Notes under the pieces: model-generated
The model's database searches: none
What the model was told of the DNA's origin: nothing
Seen by the model: only the letters and a program-made list of their open reading frames with translations
Program-made: the position numbers and the translations under genes
Part shown: positions 26,731 to 44,158 of the stretch, piece by piece
How the letters are laid out: each line of letters begins with the position of its first letter
Position numbering within the stretch: the stretch's first letter is position 1
Source: Lingula anatina
Taxonomy: Eukaryota > Animalia > Brachiopoda
Length of the DNA stretch: 64,000 nucleotides
Assembly: GCA_051362555.1 (NCBI GenBank)
Contig: CM120640.1
Coordinates: 46,974,788-47,038,787, forward strand
Reading direction: 5' to 3'

Positions 26731-27400
26731 GGCCCCGTCACACTTATTCGGAATCAGCAGGAATCAAGCAGAACCAGCCGGAATGACTAAATTTAAAAAT
26801 TCGTATTATATCCGGGAAGAAATTTCAAATTGACCTAAATACTTGCAAGAATGCCGTTGGAACACTCAGAATGCGCTTGAATCCGCCTGGAATGATTCGT
26901 GCACATTTCGGCTGTATTAGCTCTCAAATGCAGCTCGAATGTAGTTGGAAAACTAGGAATATCAATAATGCTGTCAGAATGCAGTCAGAATTTTTAGAAT
27001 ACCCTTCAAATGCCGCACGAGTGTAGTTCGATTTTTGGCTGAAATAGGATCGAGTTGCATTCTGACTCGTTCTAGCAGGATATGAAGTGTCTTGCCATTT
27101 CGGTTCTCCCTCGAATGTGATTAGAATGTTTCGAATGCTGTCGGAATACCGTTAGAATATTTAGAATGCAGTCATAATGCAGTTAGAATACTAGTCAAAT
27201 GCCATTCGATAATTTTCTACTTGGAATGCACTTTGAAAGTTTTCAACATGAGCAAAACATTCGGGCCGGCCACAAGAATGGGTAAAATATTTGGAATGCA
27301 CTCGGAATTTTTAGAATGCTCTTGGAATATCCAGGAACGCACAAAGAATCGTCTTTCCGACGGCATTATAGCTCATTCCGCCTCTAGTGTGACGGGGGTA
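26731..27400. mobile_element. Non-autonomous TIR DNA transposon flanked by TTAA
   Basis: Left end ttaa|ggccccgtcacact, right end agtgtgacggggg ta|ttaa. The interior is dense in GAAT(G)/ATTC motifs and has no transposase ORF. Confidence 0.75.
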
Positions 27401-28874
27401 TTAATTTGTTCCCCTCTCAGTCCCTTGACGTCCTTTAAAACAGTACATTCAAACAATGGTATGACGTACCAAGATTATACAAGATCACTTATCTCTAATA
27501 GGCTATCAGTTTTCACACAGGCTTAATGAATGACAGGAATCAATGCACATTGTCTAAAATCGCTTTATTTTCAATGGTTTTAATTATTATAAGATTTGGC
27601 AAGCAGTATCTAGGTTCGTTTTTTGTGTAACGAACTCCACGTCATCTCATCAATAACAAGTGACAGTTTCATTGCCAATATTTCTTATTTCTGTCCGATT
27701 AGTATGACAATTAATCAAAAAGCTGTTTCTAACAAAATCTCTAAGCAAATTCCCATCTCTTGAAGTATATGCACTTAATACACTTTAAATTATTAGAAAT
27801 ATTGTTGATATAACATTTCACTGGACATTCTACATCTAGTGTATAAGAATCTATGGATGACTAGTCTTTATCAAATGATAACATTTGCAAAGTCGCACAT
27901 CTTCCTAGAGTAAATGCAATGGTATAAGTGATCATCAACATCCTTTCATTCAATATAATCTTGGAAAAAAAAAAATAAAAAAAAAAAAAAAAAAAAAAAT
28001 AATAATAATAGACCTGTTACTGCCTTCAGATCAATGTAATATTGAAGGAATACAACAGGGACCAGAAGCCATTTTCAAATCTATTAAACCAATCAAATGC
28101 AGCAAAACAACCATCTACTTAAATATTCATGTACTGAAATTTGGAATAGTAGATGATATGTCAAATGCAACAGTACAATTGGCCAACTGGTCAATAGTAG
28201 GCAATTTTTCAATTGATTTTTCATAAACCTGAAGATACGTGACACAAAAATCAATCAAGCTATATTCAGAAAATGTCATCAAAATAAAAATCTGTACACT
28301 ACAAAAAAAAGTGCAGCTCATGGGAGACTACTTTTCCAATATTTATTTACTAGTATGAAATTGGGCAACCATGCAGTAGTATTTCAGCAAGCAATTTTTC
28401 TACAAAAAGAGGTAAAAAATCTTATATCAATTAATAAAACAAGAACATGACTTCAATCCAACAAAGATTATATGCCATTATACATCTCAATTCAATGATG
28501 GTTTTTCATTACAGTATCCAGTCAGAAACGTTGACATCACTAAAATTCTTCCTGGCTACATGACATCAACAGTTTTTATAACATTTCCACAATTTATTAT
28601 CTCATCCCTTTCTAAACTCATCCTGAAAAGATTAAAAAGATTAAAAAGAAACAGAAAACTTTATGACCAAGAGACCATGTTCAACCAACAGCAATCAACT
28701 TAGTAAGCTGTGAGAATGGCTAAAACTTGTTCTTGACTTGCTCAGGAAAAAAAATCATGGCACGCTGACTAGTGAATAAACTTAATTCAGGCTCGTGCCT
28801 TGGCTGTTGATGATGATGTGTTGATGCAGTCGTGTCCCAGTCAATGACAGATCTTAGCATTACATAAATGTCTG

Positions 28875-31800
28875 TCACCGACAGTTCTTAGGAGTTGTAG
28901 AGATGCTTCGTCGTTCATGTTGATCACTGCTGTCAGACCTGGTACTAGATTTTGATCTTGACTTGGAAGTGCGACGGGATTTGCTGCCATTAGGTGTCAG
29001 GGATCTACTGGTTCTTCTCCTATAAGAAGTGTATAGAGAATCATGTTACTGATGCTTTCATGGATTATATGGTGATTGTAAAACCTAGGTCAGTGATTTT
29101 CAACTGTATTGAAATGATCACTTTGTGTTAATTCATATTTACTGCAAACTCAGCAAATTTTTAGAGTTAATCATAATAACTTAAACAAAAAAGAAAAAAG
29201 GATGTCTGCTTAAAGGCAGTAATGTTCATTAAACAAAAATCAACTTCAAAATTATTAAAAGTCACAAGTGTGCTCATTATTTTCATGTAAATCATTTTTG
29301 GCAAAACAATGCATCTTGATTAATATGAACACTCCAAGACAAATGTATTTTGACAAATTAATGCAAATATCAGTCTAAACAGGAACATACATACTAGATC
29401 TTAGCACCAGATACCAAGACCAATGCATTTGATAGAGACTAAATGAGACGCTCTAACAAAGCCAGCACAGATTAAGTATTGCACAAATCAATACTTTCAG
29501 TCACACTGGTATTCAAGTACTTCCTTGTGACAAACATTTTATCTACAAACAACAACAGATATCTCAACAACTTCAACAAAACAGGAACTTAAACTTGAGA
29601 CAAACAAAGACAACAGAAGGACAAAAACATGCACGTTGTTAAAAAACTAATAATTTGTTAAGTCAGTAAAACATTTAACACACTACATACTTCACAAATT
29701 GTACAAATCATATCCAAATGATGAGATCAAAATGGATAATAGAAAGGATGTATAAATACAGATAGGCCTTGAAAATAAATGAAGGGCCATATAATCAAAA
29801 ACAGCAACATTTTATAATAAAAGACTATCACTGGACATTTCATTGCATATTCATATCACTTTCATATAAGGAGATTGTGGCTAGTGATAAAGAAGTTTAT
29901 TTTTTCAATAATTTCTTCATTAACTGAAGCATATAGTATTTAACAGCCAATTTTTCTGAACAGTAAGTTAAACTGTTTTCAGATATATTTTTCTGAACAG
30001 TAAGTTAAACTGTTTTCAGATATATTCCTCACAATATCTAAAAATGCAGACCTACTCTGAACTGGATTGGCACTGGTTTAAATCACAGTAAAAGGACTGG
30101 CAGTAACACAAAAAGCCAACAGTAAGCAGCAAAGCAATCAATGTGACATGGGTTGCACTAAAATGTATGAGGATGTAATAAATTGCGTGCTATAATTTTA
30201 GCACCATATTATCACACAGATTTTTTTTAAACCATGAAAATAGCTTTGGCTGCTTTAATGACCAATTGTACAAATCATATCCAAATAATTAGATCAAAAT
30301 GGATAAAAGAAAGGATGTACAAATACAGACACGCTTAGGCCTTGAAAATATCTGAAGGGCCATATAATCAAAAACAAAAAAAATTTTATAATAAAAGACT
30401 ATCACTAGATATTTCATTGCATATTCACATCCCTTTCATATAAGGAGAAATTATGTGCTACAATTTGAGCGCCATTCTATTACATATATTTCTTTAAACC
30501 ATGGAAATAGCTTTGGCTGCTTTAATGACTGGTTGTACAAATACCACCATGGCCAACAGTTTTACCGTACATCAAAAGACCCAGTACCAAGGATTTCTGC
30601 TTTCATCTAATCAAGTGATGCAATAAACTCTAAAATATGGAAACAGTTGAAGGACAGAATAGACTGGGTATGTCCTAGTATCAGAATACCATCTCTAGGC
30701 AATAATTTCCATTTTCCCTGTCAAAATGCAAGGCTCTGCATTCAAAGCAGTGGATAATATTGCAAATGGATTGAAGCACCATTTGCTTAATGACCATTAC
30801 CTTCACAGATGATAAGCAGAATTGCATTACGTATTTAGTAGTTTTTCATGTGTAACGCAGTCTAAAATACATTTGTCCCAGTGAATACTTTAATCTCCTG
30901 TTATTGGCACAGTATAGTATCACACTTACATGATATCATATATCTGAGTTCTTTTAGAAAGGTACTTTCCTAACGAGATAGAAAACAACAAAGCATCCAG
31001 CAAATCCACTACCTTTTATGTCCCTGCAGTAAGGTGTTCCAAGCACTGGTGTTCTGTCAACAGTGATGTTCTGTCAACAGTGTCTATTATAAACATGCAT
31101 TGAAAATCAAATGTGTGTAAACTTTCAAAGAACAAATAAATCTAACAAAAATGATGAGGCTCAAAATGCTTAATATTAAGAAACACCACTTTTAAAAATA
31201 CTTAACAGTACCAATAAGAAGAATTAAACTAAGATCTTTTAAATTTCTGTCCTTAATAAGTATATAATTTTGTTTATAAGATGTTAGTTTCAAGGAATCT
31301 TAAAATTGAAACACATTTTCATGAATTCTCATCATCTCTTTCAGTGTGGAAGGTCACTTAGGCTGATCTAATGGTAGCTGCATGACCTCAGGTGACCAAA
31401 CATTCCCAGAACCTATCATACTAACTGTGGATTGATCTATCTCCATGGGGTTTCTTGCAAAATTGCTTTCAGCTTAAGCAGCTTAGCTGTCATGCCTACT
31501 GAAGCTGCTTGGGGGTAATTATTAATTATTGTTAAGCAGCTTCAGTAGGCATGCCAGACATCTAAGCTGCTTAAGCTGAAAGCAATTTAGCGAGCAACCC
31601 CTCTGAGATGGATTAATGCTGTTATAAATATTGATCTAGGTATAGCAACCTAGCTTACTAACTAACATCTTACACATGATATGCCAGGAATTGACAAAAC
31701 AGGGGTCTTCCAGAAGACAGTCTGATTTTCAAATTAACATGGACGAGTATCTAATTTTTAATGTCGGAAGAAGGTAAAAAATAGAGAATGGATCAAAAAG

Positions 31801-34800
31801 ATAACTTGGAAGACTGTCTGAAAATATCTCTGGATCCGCCCCTGAAATATCTATTTCTTATAAAACTTTGGTCTTAAAGCCAGGTAATATTAACTGGGCA
31901 AAGTTCCAATCCTGTATTTGATACTGTTATTACAGTGCAAGACTGCTCTAGTCCATTAGATAAAGTACTGACCAGGAATGAAGGCTATCAATATCAACCA
32001 AACTAGTCACATTCTAAAACATTCGTGTTGCTTCAAAAGATGAAAGTGGAGAAGAATAGGTTCTGCCTAAATGAGGTGAAAATCCATCAGCTCTTAATGA
32101 GAAAAAATAAAATAAATCAAAGAAAGAAAAGGCAAGCTTCTAGTTTAATCCTATTTACCATCACTTTCTACGCTGAAAGATAATGAAAAAATCAATAATG
32201 ATTGCTCTTCCTAGAATTGTTCATTTAATTAATGGCTTTAACAGAAAACCAATAGTAAAAACAATTTTACAATCTCATAGGAATCCCCTTGTGTTGGCGC
32301 TAATTCTTGAGTGAGTAATTACATTTAAAACAAATGTGCTGTGGACGCTTGTAAACTGAAATATCACATGCACATTGCAAAATGAGTCAGACTTACACTT
32401 CTTAAATGTATATCAAAGACACACATTATCACAGTTAATGCTTAAATATTGTACTTTGGAGCATATACTAGTACAGCATGGTTACTTGCAACAACAGATA
32501 CAGTACAGTAAAAATAACAAAACTGGCTAGACGGGCCAATGAAACAATGTTCACAATCACACAAAATTGTGATGGTTTGTAAATGTTTTGAAATAAAGCT
32601 GATCAAGCATATAAATTTCTTCAACTTCTCAACATGTTCTTAAATGGATGTTTAATCACATACTCACACACAGTCAAACACACACACACACACACAAGCA
32701 TGCACATAGATATAAAAACATAACAGTAGTGTCACAGTGTGCAACAACCAGACTTGATCTAATATTTGTTCACACTTATTGATCTGGCATTTCAAACTCA
32801 AATTTTACAGTAAAATGTAAATTTATGCCACAGTTTTTGTCACATCCTAATTTTCTTGAGTTCAATTTGCAAGAAAATATATAGCTTTCAATTGGTATGT
32901 AAAAATAATTCTTTAAGGCACAAATGTGTCATGTTAGCCTTAGCCTGGACATGCATACACAACACATTACTGGCAGCAAACTGTAATCACATTAACAAGA
33001 ATTAATACCTTTTACTTTTCCTCTGTCCATCACTTTCACTGTCTCCCTCAGAGTCTGAACTGTCTGAGCTGCTATCACTGCTGGAACTTGAACTGGAGGA
33101 ATCAGAACTGGAACTGTCTGAATTAAAACCTGTTGGTTTGCTGAGGTCCACTTTGTCAGCCACCGAAGACAGGTCAGGTCTGTAGATCTGATTTTAAGGT
33201 AAATGACAAGATGTGTTATGAGGGCAATATCCAGTTGTACACATCTACCATGCCTGATCATCAATTATCAAATCAAAATTGGCTGATGCATTTTCTAGAG
33301 TTCAGAGCAATAATGAAAAGTGCTACAAGGTCTGATAAATGGGATTGGAAGTTATAACTTATATTCTTAATATCACTAGCCTCTCTATTTTGCTATCTTC
33401 AGGATTTTAAGCTGTAAAAACCACACATACATATCTCTGACACGGAAATTATATACATTTAATCAGATTCCTGATATTCAAATTGTTTGAGTGCTGTTTT
33501 CACTGGTCAGTTACCACTTCCATTACCTTTAACTCCCTGTACCACTTTTTGGAGAGCTTTGGCCTTCCTCTCACAGTTTTATGCCAGACCACAGGGAAGT
33601 TGACACTGCTGCAGTAATTCTGTGTCACTGCTATCGTGTTGTCAAGGTTTAGCACCACGTGCCACCACCCACCAGGAATAAAAACAGTCTCCCCTGGTTT
33701 TTGGAGAATCTCCAACTGGAATTTAATGGTTATTTTTAAAGAAGCATTCAAACAGATAACAATAGTATTTCTACAAAATTATTGTTGTTTCTTACTGAAT
33801 TACCAATGTGTTATTCCTTAGGCTTAACTTTTTATGAAGCATACCATTTCACACAATTTGACATTTTGCACTTATTTTTTGCTAACAGAATTATATTATG
33901 GTTCTGCCTAACATTTCCAGCACATTTTGAAATTTTGATATTTCTTTAAAAAAATGATCATAGTATTAAAAGGCCATAAAACTTCTCATATTTACTGCTT
34001 TATATTCTTCGGGCCAATCTGGCTGCTGTGTGCGTGGATAGACAAATTTAAACCAAGTCACAGCTTCCTCTTTTTGTCTTCCACCTTCCCCGCTCTTTAA
34101 CTTTATTAGTTCTTTAGGAGTGGTGGTGGGAAATAGGCACCACCTAAATAAACAAGCCATTGTGTTAGGTGAGATTTATAAATAAACAAGCCATTGTGTT
34201 AGGTGAGATTTATAAAGTAAAATAGGAATAAAAAGAATTCTCCGATGTAAGAACATGATTTTAAGTAATATCTATTAATTGAGTCTCAATAATTTACATG
34301 GCAATTAACTCTTTGGAACATATCACATTACTCATAATTAAAATGTTATTTCTCTCTAGTAACATTGTTACTTTTCTTAAATCCAAATCACCGAAAACGT
34401 TTAACTGGACATTTATCAAAAATACATTTATTAAAAATTCATCAGATAACTAATGTCCATCAGATATAGTTCTGCTATAAACAACTTAGCACTGAAGAAA
34501 CAATCATAAATCATTAGCTATCTAAAAGGTAAGACTGCTGGTCATTTCCTAATTTTCAGTCAGCAAATCCACTACCTTTTATGTCCCTGCAGTAAGGTGT
34601 TCCAAGCACTGGTCCCCAGGGGGTCTATGTGAATCCCTGTCCCTGACCTGGCCCCACCCATCACAAACCACCTAGACAACATACAAACATGAAACACTTG
34701 TATTCTGGACATAAGTGAATTTCTGATTTACACATTGTTTTGTAAATTATATTCCCAATCTTTTTAATGCAGCCATTCAAATGAAGTACTTTTATTTTAT

Positions 34801-37800
34801 TTATCACATGACATATCAAAATGTCAGAGGAATCATATAATAAATGAATGTCTTGATCTGCACTGTTTTCTTTAAAATGCAGACTAAATGAAAATTCATG
34901 CATTTTTATATTTGTCAACATATATGCAAACAATTCAACTATACCTGTGAAAAATTCCATTTTTTACCCAAAAAACAAAATATATAATAATCATATTAAA
35001 TAAGATGCTTAAACTATGTGTATCTGATTCTGAACAAAAACTTACCTATAGGGTGGCCTCTTTGATTCCCCTGAATATTTAAACAAATCTTCAGTAAAAT
35101 ACTTTGGCACTTCATAATCTTCAAGCAACTTTTTCCTTTTGGGATGCTAAAAAACAGAAAATGCATTAAAAAAAAATGATGACAGCCTTATTTTTGAATG
35201 ACAAGGGCGTAGGAATGAATTAAATCTGTCAAATGATTTGTACATTTTAAGATCATTTAATAAGCTTAATGCCTGGGTAATAATTACTTCAAAAGTGTGA
35301 ATGTGATTTTTAATATTGCTAAATTTTGATTTATTATCATATGCATATGGAATGCTCTGTGCTCTACTAACCTCTGCAAAGCTACTGTCAAATATATAGA
35401 GTGGGCTGTCATCTCTGTTACATTTGGTATAAGCCACAAAGTACTTCATCTTCATCTTGACAGAGTAACCTTCATCATCCTCGCCACACTTAAACTTTTG
35501 GTTTCTGTACTTCTTTGCAAGTCTCTGCAAATCATTATGAAAACATGTTTGTGTGATCCTTGAAGGTACAAAATTGTGATAATGATTGATTGTTTCTCTT
35601 GAATGCTTTTAAAAATTACAATGAGAAACATTTTGAATTAGATTTCACTGAATCATCTTTTACACCCATGTTATAAATTGAGCAGTGCATACATTTTGTC
35701 ATGACATTGCACAAACTGACATTGTACTACAATTAATTTTAAAAAATAATTTTTAAAAAATTATGTTGTCCATAATACATTATTTGTAATTAAAAAAGAT
35801 TTCAATTGTTATACTAAAAGAACTAAAAATAACCAATAGCATATACAATATAAAGTAAACTGAAAATCAATTAGCAGCAAAGACATATGGGCTGATTCCA
35901 AAATGATTCTAAATTAATAAATGAGAATTATGAGAATAAAATAACTGACACAACTATGGTTTTAAAGAAACATATTTGCCCTGAGAACTAAAACAAATTT
36001 GGCCTCAAGTATAAAGAAAGAAAAAAAAATAGAACTCAGCTGGAGGCTACTCTTATTGAAATTATAACAAAAGACACCTTACATGTAATAAATGAATCAA
36101 TTGATTAAACATGGCCATAGTAATTGACTCTCTATCTTTCATCAATTATTCAATACAAATGATGTGGCTTTTGTATGTAAGCAGCATATGTTTTGGAATT
36201 ATAACAAAGTTGGTCAATTTTTTTCTTTTGTCAAGCAGAAGATTATACAGATTCCATACGTCATCTTCATAAAATTGATCTATTCAATATTTTCTGGAAA
36301 TTGGTCACTGAAAAAAAGACATTATGCTTCAAAAGCTGTTTTCTATTTCAATATGCTGACATAAATTTTCCTAAACATTTTCTTAACTGTTAAGTTTTTT
36401 CAATAAATAAACAAATGAATGGAACAACTACTAGTACACAAAATCAGTCTTTTTCCTTTCATTTTTGACAACATTTCTGTCTATAAAAAATAAAAAATGA
36501 TGCAAACCTCAGCGAAACCTGTATTTTTATATCACTGCCTTAATCACCTATTAAATATTATAAAAAATTGTTTTCTCTACCTCATAAGTCCACTTTGCAG
36601 TTGCTTTCCAGCCATCAGTCAAGTGAGTAATAACAACAGGTTTGTAGGGAATTTCATATTTCTCCCTAAACTCCTGTAAAGAAATTTTCTGCCCATCAAT
36701 CCTATCAAAAGTGTCTCTCAATGCCACAGGGTCTGGATCCAAATCAAATGTCTGATAATAGTTAAGCTCTTCCCAGGCTCCTGGTTTACTAAGTTCTGAA
36801 AAAGTAAAGTTACCTTATTAACTAAATGAACACTCAAAATAAACAGAATTTTGTTAGTACATATCCATAAATTTAGCAGAGAGAGAAATCTTATTGCCTT
36901 TCTGATCTTTCAAAATGACAATGGATGCACTTGTACATTTTCCAGGATAGTGATTGTTCAAAATTCCTGGAATATTTAACTATCAAAATGAATGGGAAGA
37001 TGAGGTGATTTTTGGTATCTAAAATTCCATGCTCTACATATATATGTATACTTATCGACTTATACACATACCCCCCCCCCCCAAAAAAAAAAAAAAAAGA
37101 AAAATGCAAGAATAAAAAAAAATAATAAGAAAATAATAATAATAATAAAGATCAGACATCAGTAAAACTGACTGAGGTCACTCTGCCAGAATGATCCGAC
37201 AGCTTGATTATTCATGTTGTGTGTATCAATACAAATTATAAATAACATCAGTTTTTCACATGTGACATTCTAAATGAAGCCTATCTAATGCCATTTACAT
37301 GCCATAGAAATGAGAATATATGAATTACAGGCCAGTCATCAAGCAAGACTTAACATGGTTATAGTATGATTTGTGTAACAACATTTGGAAAAATACAGCA
37401 CAGCTAGTAACTTATTTACAAGAAAGTTGCTAGCACGTGATCTCTCTCACAATGAATTAGAATACTGAACTTTAATCAAACTTGTTACAAATCACTTGTT
37501 GGTCATTATGAAAAGTTTTGATTTTGGGACCTTTTCTGCTATTTCTGACATTATGTTATTAAGTCAATGTTTCCTACATAATAAAAGATTTCAATCTCAC
37601 TGCCTGAACAAGACCATGTCAGAGTGAAGATTTTCTATGTTGTATCGTATATTCTAACATTAATACACAAAAACTGCAGAGAACCATATTTACTGACACA
37701 CCACTGCGAACTTGTTACGATATATTAACGTTATAAGAAAACCGAAAGGCTCAAAGTAAGTATTAGTAACACTAACGTAACAAGTACTGAAATAAACAAA

Positions 37801-37949
37801 GTACTACTAGCAGTAGTAGTTCATATACAGGTACCGTGCCGCAATGCACGTATATCCCACAAGGCATCTTTCAGTTTTATTATCGGTATCTTACCAGGTC
37901 GAGCTTTTTCTTTGGCTTCACATACTCTTTTCTTACTCCTGTGGTCCAT
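28875..37949 (-). CDS. JMJD6: Bifunctional arginine demethylase/lysyl-hydroxylase JMJD6 (PSR), 9 coding exons
   Basis: Exons 37949-37895, 36795-36581, 35524-35372, 35146-35046, 34671-34576, 34143-33996, 33715-33527, 33187-33009 and 29019-28875. Motifs: [89 protein letters not shown]-hook VRGRPKLS, and a poly-Ser tract. Confidence 0.97.
29697..30540. repeat. Diverged ~270-bp tandem duplication, first copy interrupted by ~300 bp containing a 37-bp tandem repeat
   Basis: 29697-29874 matches 30264-30448 and 30179-30262 matches 30449-30540. tttttctgaacagtaagttaaactgttttcagatata occurs twice at 29951-30024. Confidence 0.85.
30998..31050 (-). repeat. Exact 53-bp copy of the JMJD6 exon 5 3' end plus splice donor, within intron 8
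   Basis: cagcaaatccactaccttttatgtccctgcagtaaggtgttccaagcactggt is identical to 34561-34613, in the same orientation. Confidence 0.92.
31447..31601. mobile_element. Fold-back MITE (long inverted repeats)
   Basis: Left arm gggg..tgcaaaattgctttcagcttaagcagcttag..catgcctactgaagctgctt, an AT loop, then right arm aagcagcttcagtaggcatg..ctaagctgcttaagctgaaagcaatttagcga..cccc. Confidence 0.8.
34145..34212. repeat. 34-bp tandem duplication at the JMJD6 intron 5 acceptor
   Basis: taaataaacaagccattgtgttaggtgagattta occurs twice. Confidence 0.9.
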
Positions 37950-37989
37950 AAATCACCAAACACCTTTTCGCTAGAAGAAAAAGAAGCTA

Positions 37990-38135
37990 TTTTTATGACA
38001 GTCCGAACCTGAGAAGGGGAAACGTGAAGCGGAAGTATATGCATTCCGTGCTGTTCAAGAGCAATGATTCCGATTGGTTCTTTGAAATGCTTGGCTGAGG
38101 TAAAGCGAAAATCTTGATACAGTAAAGATTGGAGG
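37990..38135 (-). promoter_or_regulatory. Probable TATA-less JMJD6 promoter
   Basis: ETS-type gcggaagt (~38029) and CCAAT boxes (attgg ~38072, ~38128) within 200 bp upstream of the ATG. Confidence 0.35.
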
Positions 38136-39985
38136 CAAAATTCAGTACTTTACGGAATGGGGGGCTATTTGCTTGTATGAACGAGACAGGTAAAGATAAC
38201 TGTTTGAATATACATAAAACTTAATAATATGGTAGATGGAACAAGAATCACAACTGGTAACATTTTCCTGTGTATACATTACACAACTAACACACTTTGC
38301 TCTTTGCAACAGCACGGATAGATCTTACTTGCCTCAAGTGAGTTTCACATCTTTGACAATAAGTCATTAGATCTACGTCGTAAAGTAAGTCGTCAAAAAG
38401 TAAGGGTCATTTTGCATAATAAATGAAATTCGCAGAATTGTGATAGCCCAGAGTCGTAATGAATTATCTACATAATAGCAAAAACTCTGGTATTACAAAA
38501 AATATAATGGGGGGTGCCTTCATACCAGGTTCTAGTTTCTACCAATTCTCGACCTGAGAAAATACTTTGGCAAGTGACACGTTGAATTGTTATTTGAACA
38601 CCCCCCCCCCCAAAAAAAAGTCTAGATGTGAAGAATGCACAACACTGAGCAATTTTTCAATAATATATTTATTCTTTTATCTTTCATAGTAAATAGAGTT
38701 GTAATCTAGAAGGCTATAAATAAGATGAAGACGTAAAATATATGAATGAGCATGATAACTGAAATGTTCTTATAGGCTTTCTACAACTTTTATATATGAT
38801 ATATTGTGATAAATGTTTTTATTTTTCTAGTATGTACATCCAACATCAGAAAAAAAATTTGCCCTTAAACTCAAATTATTTTTGAAGAACAACTTTAAAA
38901 TATCTTTAATCATATGCATAAATGATCATTAACAATCATTTGACATTAAAATATATTCTAAACGTGGAAAAATTTTCCATTTTACAATGTGTGATTTTAT
39001 CTTCCACCTACCCAAACAAAATTGTATCATTCTTCGCAATAAGGCATCCTCAAGCATTAAATGTATTCAAGCAGATATATATGGATATATTAATATTATT
39101 ATACAAAAAGGATATTGACACTTTACTCACACTTATAAACGAACTGTTCAGTAATGTGAACAAAACTAATGTAAAGAATGATTTAAATATATCCATATTC
39201 AGATGTAGCTTGAAAGAAAATTTACCATAATATAGTATAATCTAACACTTGTAGTAGAATGCCGTTATGTGAGAGCTCTTCATTAAAACCACATCTGGAT
39301 ATTTAAAGTAAAGTATTTTTTATAAAGCATATCCTTATGCCAAAACTGCATATACACAGAGAGGGAAAATATCAATCATCATAAAAGCTATGATACCGTT
39401 TTCCTCTTCACATGATGAATGTGATACATTTCAAGCTTCAAATTTAAAGACTAAAAATATAATAAGATACAAATATAATCTCTCAAATGCGCATCCATTG
39501 TCAGTGAAAGTAAAGCTTACCACATGCAAATAAAGTGTTGGGTTTGTGCCATCTTACACAGGTTCAATATATTATACAAAATGATAAATCAAACTTGTCA
39601 CCCTGTACATAAGCATTGCCTTTATCTTCCACTGAGATATGAAAAGTAAAATATAGAGCAGACTAGTAAGACAGATAAATGAATAAAAGAAAACCAGGGA
39701 AATAATCGGATAAAGAGTATTGCGTATTCTTAAAAATATTAAAGCAGGTGTATTTTGACAAAGAAGACCATTTAAATTTGGCACCATAACTTATTTTGGG
39801 ATTTCCTGGAGAAATGTATTGTTTTAAAATCAAATAAAAGGAAAAAGCCATAATTTAAATTTCACACTTGTAATTTGGAGGATAAATATCAAATCCCCAC
39901 CTCTAAAAATTTATCTGGTATTTCAAGGCAAAGCCTATGAATCATGATCCCTTTTAACAGTAAATGGCGTTTTCCTCATATGGAC

Positions 39986-43082
<3,097 letters not shown>

Positions 43083-43219
43083 GATCAAGAGCTTGTCAAG
43101 TCTGGAAAAGTGTAAAAGTAAGTGTTATGTGTATATACACTTTGCATAACATCACATTGAATTAAACTGCCCTGTGGCAAGAACACATCTGACAACTACC
43201 CATGTCAAGCCTGAACTTA

Positions 43220-43434
43220 GACCCCATTTCCAGAGATTAGATCGATCTACTTTAGACCGACCTAACTCCCTGGGGGTTCACGCTAAATAGCTGTCAGCCG
43301 AGCGGACACAAAAGTTAATTACCCCCTTACAGCTTCTAGTAGGCGGAACGAACATTTAAACTGGATTATCTGACAGTAATCGAGTGAGACTCCCCGCGGG
43401 GATAGATTGATCTAAAAGCTCTGGGAATATAGCC
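43220..43434 (+). mobile_element. ~215-bp MITE (Tourist/Harbinger-like), copy 1
   Basis: Imperfect TIR ccccatttccagagattagatcgatcta / tagattgatctaaaagctctgggaat with TTA-like flanks. An inverted sister copy lies at 58843-59061. Confidence 0.8.
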
Positions 43435-44118
43435 TTAATCCCTTTGATTTTAGGAAATGTTATTTCACAAGCTTCCATCGCATAGAAAAACAGGCACTAC
43501 AATATGGCCACTGAAAAGACAAAAATTAAATTATGTTTATCCAAATTAAATTAAAACTTGCTACAGTCTAAGTCTTCTTAGACTGTACAAAGACTGGCTT
43601 AGTAAAAAACCTTGTTGTGGGAGAACAATTTAGAAATCTTTTTCTGATAATCTGTCTGTAAAGTATGACAATGATCCAAGGCAAATAACAAATAGATTTT
43701 GTGTCTTGATAGAAAAAAACATCTTAGCTAAACATGGGGAAATTGCCCTAGCTTCATATTGCAGGACCTCTGGACTGACAAGTTTTATATGAAAATACAA
43801 TGCATAATAATAAACCACATATAAACATAGACTAACAGAAACTAAATACTTAGTTCAGCATTTTTTATATGTATGTATTGCCTCTAAAGACTACCTTTCA
43901 AGCTCTATTAATCTGAGTAGTCAGTAGGCCATATAGTTAAAAGTGCCTGACACACTTCCCTCGAGTAAATGTACTTCAAAAACAGAGAGTATACTTGCTG
44001 ACATAACTTCCCAGAAAAGTATGTAGGGGCAAAATATTAAAGCTAAAAACACAACATAACCTCTACTGGCTGTAGAGTCCATGATAAGGGTTGAAGTTAT
44101 TGCTGAGAAAATGTTAAA

Positions 44119-44124
<6 letters not shown>

Positions 44125-44155
<31 letters not shown>
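44125..44155. repeat. (TA)n microsatellite
   Basis: Pure TA run. Confidence 0.9.

Positions 44156-44158
<3 letters not shown>

Noticed and set aside
26731-27400. Recurring GAAT motifs suggesting a CRISPR-like or heat-shock-element array
   Set aside because: Spacing is irregular with no repeat-spacer structure. The motifs are explained as the interior of a TIR element in a eukaryotic genome.
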